Positions 49,040 to 60,038 of a stretch of DNA of 64,000 nt are shown here, in pieces. Each line of letters starts with the position of its first letter. Positions within the stretch are counted from its first letter, which is position 1. A program made the translations under genes and the position numbers. The notes beneath the pieces were generated by a model. That model ran no database searches. It had not been told where the DNA came from and saw nothing but the letters and a program-made list of their open reading frames with translations. This DNA is from Escherichia phage 232Ecol030PP: the sequence record PP355090.1. One strand, written 5' to 3'.

Positions 49040-49051
49040 TATTTATAAATA
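49040..49051. promoter_or_regulatory. Overlapping divergent late promoters (palindrome TATTTATAAATA) for genes 26 (-) and 51 (+)
   Basis: TATAAATA on plus at 49044-49051 and on minus at 49040-49047, 18-22 nt from each start codon. Confidence 0.6.
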
Positions 49052-49068
49052 GAATAAAAGGAGCATCT

Positions 49069-49821
49069 ATGGCAAACATTATTCGTTGTAAATTACCAGA
49101 TGGTGTTCATCGTTTTAAACCATTTACGGTAGAAGATTATCGAGATTTTTTGTTAGTTCGAAACGATATAGAACATCGGTCACCACAAGAACAAAAAGAA
49201 GTAATTGCTGATTTAATTGCTGATTATTTTGGAGACTATCCAAAGACTTGGCAACCATTTATATTTTTGCAGGTATTTGTAGGTTCAATAGGTAAAACTA
49301 AAGTACCGGTCACATTTGTATGTCCAAAATGTAAAAAAGAAAAGACAGTTCCATTTGAAATATATCAAAAAGAATTAAAGGAACCTGTTTTTGATGTAGC
49401 TAATGTTAAAATTAAATTAAAGTTTCCTTCTGAGTTTTATGAAAATAAAGCAAAGATGATTACTGAAAATATTCATTCTGTTCAAGTAGATGAAATATGG
49501 TATGATTGGAAGGAAATTAGCGAGTCCAGTCAAATAGAACTAGTTGACGCCATCGAGATAGAAACATTAGAAAAAATTCTCGATGCAATGAATCCTATTA
49601 ATTTAACATTGCACATGTCGTGTTGTGATAAGTACATTAAAAAATACACTGATATAGTAGATGTGTTTAAGCTATTAGTTAATCCAGATGAGATATTTAC
49701 TTTTTATCAAATTAATCACACGCTTGTAAAAAGTAATTATAGCTTAAATTCAATAATGAAAATGATTCCTGCCGAGCGCGGATTCGTATTAAAACTGATT
49801 GAGAAGGATAAACATCAATGA
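49069..49821 (+). CDS. 51: Baseplate hub assembly protein gp51
   Basis: 250 aa. Confidence 0.9.
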   Translation: MANIIRCKLPDGVHRFKPFTVEDYRDFLLVRNDIEHRSPQEQKEVIADLIADYFGDYPKTWQPFIFLQVFVGSIGKTKVPVTFVCPKCKKEKTVPFEIYQKELKEPVFDVANVKIKLKFPSEFYENKAKMITENIHSVQVDEIWYDWKEISESSQIELVDAIEIETLEKILDAMNPINLTLHMSCCDKYIKKYTDIVDVFKLLVNPDEIFTFYQINHTLVKSNYSLNSIMKMIPAERGFVLKLIEKDKHQ

Positions 49822-50990
49822 GTATGTTACAACGTCCTGGATATCCAAATCTCAGCGTTAAATTATTTGAGAGTTATGACGCTTGGAGTAATAATAGATT
49901 TGTTGAATTAGCTGCTACTATTACCACATTAACTATGCGTGACTCTCTTTATGGTCGAAATGAAGGAATGCTACAATTTTATGATTCTAAAAACATCCAT
50001 ACAAAAATGGATGGAAATGAAATAATTCAGATTTCTGTAGCTAATGCAAATGATATTAATAATGTTAAAACACGAATTTATGGATGTAAGCATTTTTCCG
50101 TGTCAGTAGATTCAAAAGGCGATAACATCATTGCTATTGAATTGGGAACTATTCATTCTATAGAAAATCTTAAATTTGGTAGACCATTTTTCCCTGATGC
50201 CGGTGAATCTATAAAAGAAATGCTTGGTGTCATTTATCAAGACCGTACATTATTAACTCCAGCAATAAATGCTATAAATGCTTATGTTCCTGATATTCCA
50301 TGGACTAGCACATTTGAAAACTATTTGTCATATGTCAGAGAAGTTGCTCTAGCTGTAGGAAGTGACAAATTTGTATTTGTATGGCAAGACATCATGGGAG
50401 TTAACATGATGGACTATGATATGATGATAAATCAAGAACCATATCCAATGATTGTAGGTGAGCCAACTTTAATAGGTCAATTCGTCCAAGAATTGAAATA
50501 TCCATTAGCATATGATTTTGTTTGGTTGACTAAATCAAACCCGCATAAACGTGATCCAATGAAAAATGCTACTATCTATGCTCATTCGTTTTTAGATTCT
50601 TCACTGCCAATGATTACTACAGGAAAGGGTGAAAACTCTATTGTAGTGTCAAGGTCAGGTGCTTATTCTGAAATGACTTATAGAAATGGCTATGAAGAAG
50701 CTATTCGTCTTCAAACTATGGCGCAATATGATGGCTATGCTAAATGTTCTACTGTCGGTAATTTTAACTTGACTCCTGGTGTTAAAATTATTTTTAATGA
50801 TAGTAAAAACCAATTTAAAACAGAATTTTACGTTGATGAAGTTATCCATGAATTATCAAATAATAATTCAGTAACTCATCTATATATGTTCACTAATGCA
50901 ACGAAACTGGAAACAATAGACCCAGTTAAGGTTAAAAATGAATTTAAATCTGATACTACCACTGAAGAAAGTAGTTCTTCCAATAAGTAA
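49818..50990 (+). CDS. 27: Baseplate hub protein gp27
   Basis: 390 aa. Confidence 0.93.
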   Translation: MSMLQRPGYPNLSVKLFESYDAWSNNRFVELAATITTLTMRDSLYGRNEGMLQFYDSKNIHTKMDGNEIIQISVANANDINNVKTRIYGCKHFSVSVDSKGDNIIAIELGTIHSIENLKFGRPFFPDAGESIKEMLGVIYQDRTLLTPAINAINAYVPDIPWTSTFENYLSYVREVALAVGSDKFVFVWQDIMGVNMMDYDMMINQEPYPMIVGEPTLIGQFVQELKYPLAYDFVWLTKSNPHKRDPMKNATIYAHSFLDSSLPMITTGKGENSIVVSRSGAYSEMTYRNGYEEAIRLQTMAQYDGYAKCSTVGNFNLTPGVKIIFNDSKNQFKTEFYVDEVIHELSNNNSVTHLYMFTNATKLETIDPVKVKNEFKSDTTTEESSSSNK

Positions 50991-51471
50991 TAAAGAAGTT
51001 TCTATTCCTAAGATGGGTCTTAAACATTATAACATTTTAAAAGATGTTAAAGGTCCTGATGAAAATTTAAAACTTCTTATTGATTCTATTTGTCCGAATT
51101 TATCACCGGCAGAAGTTGATTTCGTTTCCATTCATTTATTGGAATTTAATGGAAAGATTAAATCCCGTAAAGAAATAGATGGTTATACTTATGATATTAA
51201 TGACGTTTATGTATGTCAAAGATTGGAATTTCAATACCAAGGAAATACATTTTATTTTAGACCTCCTGGAAAATTTGAACAATTTTTAACTGTAAGCGAT
51301 ATGTTATCCAAATGCTTGCTTAAGGTCAATGATGAAGTTAAAGAAATTAATTTTCTTGAGATGCCAGCATTTGTTTTAAAATGGGCAAATGATATTTCTA
51401 CAACTTTAGCAATTCCTGGCCCTAATGGTCCAATAACCGGAATTGGCAATATTATTGGATTATTTGAATGA
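50938..51471 (+). CDS. 28: Baseplate hub distal protein gp28
   Basis: 177 aa; overlaps gene 27 3' end. Confidence 0.85.
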   Translation: MNLNLILPLKKVVLPISNKEVSIPKMGLKHYNILKDVKGPDENLKLLIDSICPNLSPAEVDFVSIHLLEFNGKIKSRKEIDGYTYDINDVYVCQRLEFQYQGNTFYFRPPGKFEQFLTVSDMLSKCLLKVNDEVKEINFLEMPAFVLKWANDISTTLAIPGPNGPITGIGNIIGLFE

Positions 51472-53240
51472 AAAAGCCACAAGAAATGCAAACGATGCGT
51501 AGAAAAGTTATTTCAGATAATAAACCAACACAGGAAGCGGCTAAATCCGCTTCTAATACTTTATCTGGTCTTAATGACATTTCTACAAAATTAGATGATG
51601 CTCAAGCTGCCTCTGAATTAATAGCTCAGACTGTTGAAGAAAAATCAAATGAAATAGTTGGAGCAATTGATAACGTTGAAAGCGCAGTAAGTGATACTAC
51701 TGCCGGTTCTGAGTTAATTGCCGAGACTGTTGAAATTGGCAATAATATCAATAAAGAAATAGGCGAATCACTCGGAAGCAAATTAGATAAATTAACGAGT
51801 TTATTAGAACAAAAAATTCAAACAGCTGGAATTCAACAGACTGGAACGAGTTTAGCAGTAGTAGAAAATGCTATTCCTGTTAAAGTCGTCGAGGATGATA
51901 CAGCTGAATCTGTGGGTCCTTTATTACCGGCTCCTGAAGCAGTTAATAATGATCCTGATGCTGATTTTTTCCCTACTCCTCAGCCAATTGAACCAAAACA
52001 AGAGTCTCCAGAAGAGAAGCAAAAAAGAGACGCATTTAACTTAAAATTATCTCAAGCTTTAGATAAATTAACAAAGACAGTTGATTTCGGATTTAAGAAA
52101 TCTATTTCAATTACTGATAAAATATCTAGCATGCTATTTAAGTATACCGTCAGTGCTGCTATTGAAGCTGCTAAAATGGTTGCATTGATAATGGCTGTTG
52201 TTATTGGAATAGACCTGCTGATGGTTCATTTTAAATACTGGTCAGATAAATTTTCAAAAGCCTGGGATTTATTTAGCACTGATTTTAAAACTTTCTCAAG
52301 CGAAACAGGAACTTGGGGCCCTTTATTACAAAGCATCTTTGAATCTATTGATGAAATTAAAAAGTTCTGGGAAGCTGGAGATTGGGGCGGATTAACAGTA
52401 GCTATTGTTGAAGGGCTTGGAAGTGTTCTTTATAATTTAGGAGAGCTTATTCAATTAGGTATGGCTAAATTATCTGCAGCAATTCTTCGAGTCATTCCTG
52501 GCATGAAGGATACTGCTGATGAAGTAGAAGGAAGAGCATTAGAAAATTTCCAAAATTCTACTGGAGCATCTCTTAATAAAGAAGACCAAGAAAAAGTAGC
52601 AAATTATCAAGATAAACGAATGAATGATGATCTTGGCCCAATAGCAAAAGGATTAGACAAAATTGCGAACTGGAAAACTCGTGCATCTAACTGGATTCGT
52701 GGTGTAGATAATAAAGAAGCATTGACTACTGACGAAGAACGTGCAGCAGAAGAAGAAAAATTAAAACAACTTTCACCGGAAGAAAGAAAAAATGCTTTAA
52801 TGAAAGCTAATGAAGCTCGTGCTGCGATGATTCGTTTTGAAAAATACGCTGATTCAGCTGATATGAGCAAAGACTCGACAGTTAAATCAATTGAAGCTGC
52901 TCATGAAGACCTTAAAAAACGAATGAATGATCCGGATTTAAATAATTCACCAGCAGTTAAAAAAGAACTTGCTTCTAGATTTGCTAAAATTGATGCCACT
53001 TATCAAGAGCTCAAGAAAAATCAACCTGAAGCAAAACCTGAAACTTCTGCTAAATCACCAGAAGCAAAACAGGTCCAGGTGATTGAAAAGAACAAAGCAC
53101 AACAAGCTCCTGTTCAACAAGCATCTCCTTCAATCAATAATACTAATAATGTTATTAAGAAAAATACTGTCGTTCATAATATGACACCTGTCACAAGCAC
53201 AACTGCTCCTGGTGTATTTGGTGCGACGGGAGTTAATTAA
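51468..53240 (+). CDS. 29: Tail length tape-measure protein gp29
   Basis: 590 aa. Confidence 0.93.
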   Translation: MKKPQEMQTMRRKVISDNKPTQEAAKSASNTLSGLNDISTKLDDAQAASELIAQTVEEKSNEIVGAIDNVESAVSDTTAGSELIAETVEIGNNINKEIGESLGSKLDKLTSLLEQKIQTAGIQQTGTSLAVVENAIPVKVVEDDTAESVGPLLPAPEAVNNDPDADFFPTPQPIEPKQESPEEKQKRDAFNLKLSQALDKLTKTVDFGFKKSISITDKISSMLFKYTVSAAIEAAKMVALIMAVVIGIDLLMVHFKYWSDKFSKAWDLFSTDFKTFSSETGTWGPLLQSIFESIDEIKKFWEAGDWGGLTVAIVEGLGSVLYNLGELIQLGMAKLSAAILRVIPGMKDTADEVEGRALENFQNSTGASLNKEDQEKVANYQDKRMNDDLGPIAKGLDKIANWKTRASNWIRGVDNKEALTTDEERAAEEEKLKQLSPEERKNALMKANEARAAMIRFEKYADSADMSKDSTVKSIEAAHEDLKKRMNDPDLNNSPAVKKELASRFAKIDATYQELKKNQPEAKPETSAKSPEAKQVQVIEKNKAQQAPVQQASPSINNTNNVIKKNTVVHNMTPVTSTTAPGVFGATGVN

Positions 53241-53248
53241 GGAATAAT

Positions 53249-54343
53249 ATGGCAATTGTTAAAGAAATAACTGCTGATTTAATTAAAAAGTCCGGTGAAA
53301 CAATTTCAGCCGGACAGAGTACTAAATCAGAAGTAGGAACTAAAACATACACAGCCCAGTTTCCAACTGGGCGTGCTAGTGGTAATGACACTACAGGGGA
53401 CTTCCAGGTAACAGATCTATATAAGAATGGATTATTATTTACTGCATACAATATGTCATCTAGGGATTCTGGAAGTCTTAGAACGATGAGATCTAACTAC
53501 TCTTCTTCATCTTCGAGTATTTTACGTACAGCCAGAAACACTATCAGTAATACAGTATCAAAACTATCAAATGGACTAATATCAGATAATAATTCAGGAA
53601 CAATAAGTAAAGTTCCTGTTGCAAATATTCTTTTACCTAGATCTAAATCTGACGTCGATACGTCATCACATAGATTTAATGATGTTCAAGATAGTCTTAT
53701 TACAAAAGGTGGAGGTACTGCTACTGGTGTGCTAAGCAATATGGCTTCAACCGCAGTATTTGGAGCGCTGGAAAGTATAACACAAGGTATAATGGCTGAT
53801 AATAATGAACAGATTTATACGACAGCCAGAAGCATGTACGGCGGTGCTGAAAATAGAACTAAAGTGTTCACTTGGGATTTGACTCCGCGCTCAACAGAAG
53901 ATTTAATGGCTATTATTAATATCTATCAGTATTTTAACTATTTTTCTTACGGTGAAACTGGTAAATCTCAATATGCTGCTGAAATAAAAGGATATTTAGA
54001 TGAGTGGTACCGTTCTACTTTTATTGAGCCGTTAACTCCAGAAGATGCAGTTAAAAATAAGACGTTATTTGAGAAAATGACATCGAGTTTAACTAACGTT
54101 CTTGTAGTTTCAAACCCGACAATTTGGATGGTGAAAAACTTTGGTGCAACATCTAAGTTTGATGGAAAAACGGAAATATTCGGTCCATGTCAAATCCAGA
54201 GTATCAGATTTGATAAAACACCTAATGGTAACTTTAACGGATTAGCTATTGCTCCAAACCTCCCTAGTACATTTACTCTCGAGATTACTATGAGAGAAAT
54301 TATCACGTTAAACCGTGCTTCTTTATATGCGGGGACTTTTTAA
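53249..54343 (+). CDS. 48: Baseplate tail-tube cap gp48
   Basis: 364 aa. Confidence 0.93.
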   Translation: MAIVKEITADLIKKSGETISAGQSTKSEVGTKTYTAQFPTGRASGNDTTGDFQVTDLYKNGLLFTAYNMSSRDSGSLRTMRSNYSSSSSSILRTARNTISNTVSKLSNGLISDNNSGTISKVPVANILLPRSKSDVDTSSHRFNDVQDSLITKGGGTATGVLSNMASTAVFGALESITQGIMADNNEQIYTTARSMYGGAENRTKVFTWDLTPRSTEDLMAIINIYQYFNYFSYGETGKSQYAAEIKGYLDEWYRSTFIEPLTPEDAVKNKTLFEKMTSSLTNVLVVSNPTIWMVKNFGATSKFDGKTEIFGPCQIQSIRFDKTPNGNFNGLAIAPNLPSTFTLEITMREIITLNRASLYAGTF

Positions 54344-55308
54344 TGTATTCTTTAGAGGAATTTAATAATCAAGCAATAAACGCAGATTTCCAACGTAATA
54401 ATATGTTTAGCTGCGTTTTTGCTACAACTCCATCAACTAAAAGCTCTTCGTTGATAAGTTCAATTAGCAACTTTTCTTATAATAACTTGGGCCTAAATTC
54501 AGATTGGTTAGGATTAACTCAAGGCGATATTAATCAGGGAATTACCACGCTAATTACTGCTGGCACACAAAAACTGATAAGAAAATCAGGGGTTAGTAAA
54601 TATCTTATTGGTGCCATGAGTCAACGTACAGTTCAAAGTTTATTGGGTTCATTTACAGTTGGTACATATTTAATTGACTTCTTTAATATGGCGTATAATT
54701 CATCTGGATTGATGATATACTCTGTAAAAATGCCAGAGAATAGATTATCCTATGAAACTGACTGGAACTATAATTCTCCTAATATTCGTATAACTGGGAG
54801 AGAATTAGACCCTTTGGTTATTTCATTCAGAATGGATTCAGAAGCTTGTAACTATCGTGCAATGCAAGACTGGGTTAACGCTGTTCAAGACCCAGTAACT
54901 GGATTGCGTGCTTTGCCGCAAGATGTCGAGGCAGATATTCAGGTTAATCTTCATTCTCGCAATGGATTACCACATACTGCGGTGATGTTCACTGGATGCA
55001 TTCCAGTGTCCGTAAGCGCTCCTGAGTTATCATATGATGGAGATAACCAAATAACTACATTTGATGTTACTTTTGCGTATAGAGTGATGCAGGCTGGAGC
55101 AGTTGATAGACAAGCTGCCATTGAATGGCTTGAATCTGCTACTATAAATGGTATTCAAAGCGTTCTCGGAAATAGTGGAGGTGTTACTGGACTATCTAAT
55201 TCGCTTTCACGACTCAGTAGATTAGGGGGAACTGCAGGAAGCATTTCAAATATTAATACTATGACAGGAATTGTCAATTCGCAGAGTAAAATATTAGGAG
55301 CAATATAA
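54343..55308 (+). CDS. 54: Baseplate tail-tube initiator gp54
   Basis: 321 aa. Confidence 0.93.
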   Translation: MYSLEEFNNQAINADFQRNNMFSCVFATTPSTKSSSLISSISNFSYNNLGLNSDWLGLTQGDINQGITTLITAGTQKLIRKSGVSKYLIGAMSQRTVQSLLGSFTVGTYLIDFFNMAYNSSGLMIYSVKMPENRLSYETDWNYNSPNIRITGRELDPLVISFRMDSEACNYRAMQDWVNAVQDPVTGLRALPQDVEADIQVNLHSRNGLPHTAVMFTGCIPVSVSAPELSYDGDNQITTFDVTFAYRVMQAGAVDRQAAIEWLESATINGIQSVLGNSGGVTGLSNSLSRLSRLGGTAGSISNINTMTGIVNSQSKILGAI

Positions 55309-55310
55309 CA

Positions 55311-55341
55311 ATGGGGACCTTTCGGTCCCCATATTTTTATT
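55311..55341 (+). terminator. Rho-independent terminator after gene 54
   Basis: TGGGGACC-TTTCG-GGTCCCCA followed by TATTTTTATTT. Confidence 0.7.
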
Positions 55342-55627
55342 TACGGAATGAAATGAAAGCAGAAACTGAAGCAACTAAACTGTCTTCAATATAAACTTCA
55401 ATTTTTACCGGAGCTTCTGACTCAAATTTACCTGTTACTACACCCTGAAAAATACTTTCAGTCTGTTCTGGCTTTGAAAAATTTTCAGAAGGAAAAATTC
55501 CGAACTTTTTATCTGTTCCAAAAATTTTGATAAATTCATCGTAAACTGCTTCATTAAAAGCATTATCAGCAGGAATAACGCCTTCAACTACAAGTTCTTG
55601 ACCTAAAAAGCGCAAAGAAGATTTCAT
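55337..55627 (-). CDS. Hypothetical protein downstream of the alt paralogs
   Basis: 96 aa ORF. Confidence 0.65.
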   Translation of the reverse strand: MKSSLRFLGQELVVEGVIPADNAFNEAVYDEFIKIFGTDKKFGIFPSENFSKPEQTESIFQGVVTGKFESEAPVKIEVYIEDSLVASVSAFISFRK

Positions 55628-55687
55628 TTTGTGTTCCTCATGTTATGTCAGTAAGACTACTATAACACAACACGAGGGACTTGTAAA

Positions 55688-57745
55688 CTACATCTTGAAC
55701 TTTTTAGACATTCCGTTGATGTTAACCAAAGAAGCTAAGATTTGAGAAACTTCGTTTTCCTCTTCTTTTGATTCTTCTACAAGGAATTGATTAAATCCAG
55801 CCATTGGACGAACTTCACCAGTTTCCATCAAATGATCGCCATCATATACTGATTCTTCTAATTGCTCAGAAGGAGGAACGATTGTACCTTCGATTAGATA
55901 CTTGTTATAAGCAGTTTCTTTCATAAAGTAAGTACTTACTTTATTAATCTTCAGTAAAATTCCACGCGGTAGAATAACTTCAGCTTCTGATGGAAATCCT
56001 GATAAATGACCCGGAACGATAACTTTGATTCGCTCAGCTCCTTTAATTACCATACCCACGCTAGTTTCAGCATCTTCATTAGCATATGTAGAATGACTAC
56101 CCATATGCATCAAATCTTCTGCATCAACGGAACCTTCTCCTTCACCAGAAAATACTGCACCGGAATCATCTAGAGCCATATAGTTTTTACCATGCTCGCC
56201 GAAGATATTTGGTTTAAGCGATGTAGATACGAAGTTCTTGAAATAGAACATTTTGTTTTCAATGTTATGACGCAAAGTTTTAAAGGTAACTTCTTGTCCG
56301 CGATAAAGCGTAGTTCCTGGAGGAAGAACTGAACCTTTAGCGAATGCAGAATCCAACGTCTCGATGTGCTTAATAGCTCGTTCCATATATTCTTCACGGG
56401 TAGAATCTGGTTTACCCAAAAGGAACGAGTTCATTTCAACATATGAATCTGCACAATAATCTTCAATTACATCAGATTCGGCCTGAGTCAGTCCTTTTGG
56501 AGTTACTTCAGTGCTTGCGTATTCATATGCCTTGGCAGCAGATTCATTAATCAATTTATAAATGCCATTCATGACAAATTGAATAATAGCTGTCTTTTCA
56601 TCTGGCGTAGCTTTAGAACCTTTAACTAAATCATTAATAATTTTCTTAATAACATCAAAGCTATTAGAAATATTAATGTCAGCAAGATCGCTTAAAATTT
56701 TATCAGTTTTATAATCAAAGAATTCTTTATTCTTTAAATATTCTTGAGAACCTTGATATGTTATATCGCTCTGCAACTTGATAGATGGATCACGTAAACG
56801 TGCATGGGCCAATGCAATATGATTTCGGAAGCTTTCTAGTTCATAATCGTTAGATTTAAAACGAGAAGCACTTCTCATACCACCGATAGCTCCTTTGCTG
56901 AAGTTTGAACCAATCTGGATAACGCCAGAGTTCATCGGACCTTCTGCTTTATATACCGGAACTTTAGATTCAAACTCTTGATATTTCTTAGCAGCGAAGC
57001 TATCACCCTGAAGCGAAGCATCAACAGTAGAATATTGAGCTTGTGCTGCTAATCGACGACTAATTTTAGTTTTCTGAATAACAGCTTGGTCCGTGCGCTT
57101 ATCATTTTCTAAAGCAATAGAAGCAGCAACAGCAACAGCTTTAGGAACAGCATTTCCTGTTTTAACGTCTACATAAACATCACCGACCTTTGATTCAACT
57201 TTTGTGAATAACTCAGTTGAAATAGGAGGTACACCTGGAATGTCTTCTAAATTGGCATTTTTACGGTAAACCATAATATATGCATACTTTTTATCATAGT
57301 CCCAGATTTCCTTTAAAAGAACATATCGACCTGCTCCTTTAGTACGTACTAAACGGTCAGCAATAACTTGCATTTGACGAGCAGCGCCATTTGTTTTACT
57401 TTTTAGTACGCGGAATAAGCATGCATCAATTTTATACTGTTTCATTGTTTGAAGAGCAGTATCAAAAACAGCGTTAATGACGCCAATTGGATTTCCACCC
57501 AAGTTTCTAAGTTTAACCAGTGATAATTTCTCGTTGACACCTATCATTACGATATGCATCATTTTATCGCCCGGCTTAATGTTTTTATTCGTATCACCAC
57601 CAGAGGTGTATGTACAAAATCTAAATCCAGGAAGCACGCTTTCTTCGCCGGCTTGAATAGCAAAAATTTGTGGTATTTTATGCTTAGGATTTAAGTTAAC
57701 AACCGGCGCCGAAGCGCCGTCAAATAATTCTGTAATAAGTTCCAT
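55688..57745 (-). CDS. Alt-like ADP-ribosyltransferase paralog
   Basis: 685 aa; N-terminus MELITELFD...NLNPK.KIPQIF; C-terminal R-S-E triad elements LYRGQ, FVSTSL, AEVILPRG. Confidence 0.8.
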   Translation of the reverse strand: MELITELFDGASAPVVNLNPKHKIPQIFAIQAGEESVLPGFRFCTYTSGGDTNKNIKPGDKMMHIVMIGVNEKLSLVKLRNLGGNPIGVINAVFDTALQTMKQYKIDACLFRVLKSKTNGAARQMQVIADRLVRTKGAGRYVLLKEIWDYDKKYAYIMVYRKNANLEDIPGVPPISTELFTKVESKVGDVYVDVKTGNAVPKAVAVAASIALENDKRTDQAVIQKTKISRRLAAQAQYSTVDASLQGDSFAAKKYQEFESKVPVYKAEGPMNSGVIQIGSNFSKGAIGGMRSASRFKSNDYELESFRNHIALAHARLRDPSIKLQSDITYQGSQEYLKNKEFFDYKTDKILSDLADINISNSFDVIKKIINDLVKGSKATPDEKTAIIQFVMNGIYKLINESAAKAYEYASTEVTPKGLTQAESDVIEDYCADSYVEMNSFLLGKPDSTREEYMERAIKHIETLDSAFAKGSVLPPGTTLYRGQEVTFKTLRHNIENKMFYFKNFVSTSLKPNIFGEHGKNYMALDDSGAVFSGEGEGSVDAEDLMHMGSHSTYANEDAETSVGMVIKGAERIKVIVPGHLSGFPSEAEVILPRGILLKINKVSTYFMKETAYNKYLIEGTIVPPSEQLEESVYDGDHLMETGEVRPMAGFNQFLVEESKEEENEVSQILASLVNINGMSKKFKM

Positions 57746-57748
57746 GAT

Positions 57749-59797
57749 TTATCCTTGAACGAACTTGTAAGGCATGTTTGCAATATCTATACAAGACGCA
57801 ATAATTCCAAGAGATGATTCTACTTTCTGTTTAACATTTGATGAAACAAATGATGCAAAATCAACTCTGTCTTCTATATCACCTGTCATTGTAACTACTT
57901 CGCCGGTTTCCATTAGACGGTCACCGTCATAAATTACCGATTCGGTGAGTTCTTCTGTGGTCATAACTTCAGCTTGAATAAGCTTGTTGTTAGTTTTAAC
58001 TGTTCCATCATTGTAAGATGCATCAGTTATTTTATTAACTTTGACCATTAATCCACGTGGCAAAATAACTTCCATTTCATTTGAAGGCGCTAAACTTCCA
58101 CCGGGTAAAACAACATTGACTTTATCAGCCCCAGTAATAACCCATCCAATTCCGACTAAATTATCGCTAGAATTAACAAGCCCTTCATCATTTTTATCGA
58201 TAGAAATGTTTAGACGCTTTTCATCTGGTAAAACACCAACAGCTGAATCAGTCATCCAAGTACCAAAAATGTTTGGATATAATGATGTTGACACAAAATT
58301 TCTAAAATAAAAAACTCGATTTTTTACCAGTGCTTCATATATTGAAGGTAACATTCGTTGTGAACGATACAAAGTAATACCTTTTGGTAATCGTTCACCA
58401 TTTTTAAAGGCAGAATCTAAATTATCAATAGCTTTTTCTATATCAGATGCTGTCAAAATACTTGTACGCTCATCTGGATTATATAATCCCAAAAGAGCGT
58501 TATTTATGTCTACATATCCTGAACTTACGTATTCACGAATTCCGCGTTTTTGTGCCGGTGTGTATTTAGATGAATCTTTATTTTCGACTATAGGATGTAG
58601 TGACCATCCAGCGGTAAGAGCATATCCACGCAATTCTCTTCGAATAATCTTTGTTTTTATTGCATTCCAAGAATTTTGTACTAACTCATTCGCAGCATCT
58701 TGATTTAAATGCGAATGCTTGTTAATGTTTCTTTCTAACCAAGCACCTTTATATTTTTCTAAAGTATCATCAACTATAGAAGCAATAGTTTCTAAAGTTT
58801 TTATTGAAGTAATAGATTCTTTTCGTAATCTTTCTAAAGCTTTATTTTTTATTTCTGCATTAACATCAGATTCTTTATCTTCAGGAATTATAGAAGCTTC
58901 TCTGAATGCCATTCCAGCTGTAACACTATTAAGAGCATTCTCTAATGCAAATCCTGAAGTAGAAATAACAGTTAATTCGTTAGCATCGGAAATTAAAGGC
59001 GCATCAGCGGGTTTATTTAATTCTGCTGCTGAAGCCTCAAATTTTTGAAACATCGGTGTTTCAAATCTAGAAGATTCCAATGATTGACTTTGCGCAATTG
59101 CTCTACGGGAAATTTTAACTTTAACGATTACAGCTTGGTCAGAACGTTTATCATTTTCTTGCGCAATAGATGCTGCAATTGCCTCATTTTTAGTTACTTG
59201 AGCTCCAGTATCTTTATTGATATAAACATCACCGACCTTCGATTCAACTTTAGTAAAGAGCTCAGTACTAATTTCCGGAACTCCCGGAATGTCTTCTAGT
59301 GATACATTTTTGCGATGTATAAGAATATATGCATACTTTTTATCGTAATCCCAGAGTTCCTTAAGAAGGACGTATCTGCCACCTGAACGACTACGGATAA
59401 GTCTATCAGCAATAACTTGAATTTGTCGAGCTTGACCAGCGGTTTTAGACTTAAGAATACGAAGCATACAGGCATCAATTTTATACTGACGCATTGTTTG
59501 CATCGCAACAGTAAAAACTGAATTGATATAATTAATTGGGCTTGGACCAAGACCTTTTAATTTAGCAATTGAACCTTTAGCAGTTAATGTAAAAGGAACA
59601 ATATGCATCATTTTATCGCCCATCTTTAAATCGCGATTAGTATCACCTCCAGATGTATAGGTACATAAACGAAAGCCTGGTTGTTCAATTGCATCATCAA
59701 CATGAACTGAAAAAATTTGCGGTATTTTCTTCTTTGGATTTAAGTTTGTAATCGGAAGAGTAGTATCTTCGTCAAATAATTCTGTAATAAGTTCCAT
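57749..59797 (-). CDS. alt: ADP-ribosyltransferase Alt (packaged, injected)
   Basis: ORF track 57749..59800 (MMELITELFDEDTTL...); start placed at the second Met to match the MELITELFD N-terminus; ART motifs LYRSQ, FVSTSL, MEVILPRG. Confidence 0.85.
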   Translation of the reverse strand: MELITELFDEDTTLPITNLNPKKKIPQIFSVHVDDAIEQPGFRLCTYTSGGDTNRDLKMGDKMMHIVPFTLTAKGSIAKLKGLGPSPINYINSVFTVAMQTMRQYKIDACMLRILKSKTAGQARQIQVIADRLIRSRSGGRYVLLKELWDYDKKYAYILIHRKNVSLEDIPGVPEISTELFTKVESKVGDVYINKDTGAQVTKNEAIAASIAQENDKRSDQAVIVKVKISRRAIAQSQSLESSRFETPMFQKFEASAAELNKPADAPLISDANELTVISTSGFALENALNSVTAGMAFREASIIPEDKESDVNAEIKNKALERLRKESITSIKTLETIASIVDDTLEKYKGAWLERNINKHSHLNQDAANELVQNSWNAIKTKIIRRELRGYALTAGWSLHPIVENKDSSKYTPAQKRGIREYVSSGYVDINNALLGLYNPDERTSILTASDIEKAIDNLDSAFKNGERLPKGITLYRSQRMLPSIYEALVKNRVFYFRNFVSTSLYPNIFGTWMTDSAVGVLPDEKRLNISIDKNDEGLVNSSDNLVGIGWVITGADKVNVVLPGGSLAPSNEMEVILPRGLMVKVNKITDASYNDGTVKTNNKLIQAEVMTTEELTESVIYDGDRLMETGEVVTMTGDIEDRVDFASFVSSNVKQKVESSLGIIASCIDIANMPYKFVQG

Positions 59798-59820
59798 CAT
59801 AGCCTCTCTAGTGTTTATTC

Positions 59821-59828
59821 TATTTATA
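59821..59828 (-). promoter_or_regulatory. Late promoter TATAAATA (minus strand) for alt
   Basis: plus tatttata 24 nt upstream of the alt ATG. Confidence 0.55.
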
Positions 59829-59833
59829 AAATT

Positions 59834-59851
59834 AAAGGCCCGAAGGCCTTT
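59834..59851 (-). terminator. Terminator hairpin between the small ORF and alt
   Basis: palindrome AAAGGCCCGAAGGCCTTT with flanking T-rich sequence. Confidence 0.55.
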
Positions 59852-60038
59852 AGTAATCTAGTGGTAAGAGAGTACGGTATATTTCAAACTTTGGACCTTT
59901 TTCATAGGCATCAAATGTTTCTGTGAATTTATTATAAGCGTATGCATCTACAAATTCGAGAATGACTTGTGATACAGAAGTAGAAACATCTCCACCTTCT
60001 TTTTGAGCAATGACAATTGTTTCTAAGTAAGCTTTCAT
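59850..60038 (-). CDS. Hypothetical small protein
   Basis: 62 aa ORF overlapping the gene 30 stop by 4 nt. Confidence 0.55.
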   Translation of the reverse strand: MKAYLETIVIAQKEGGDVSTSVSQVILEFVDAYAYNKFTETFDAYEKGPKFEIYRTLLPLDY

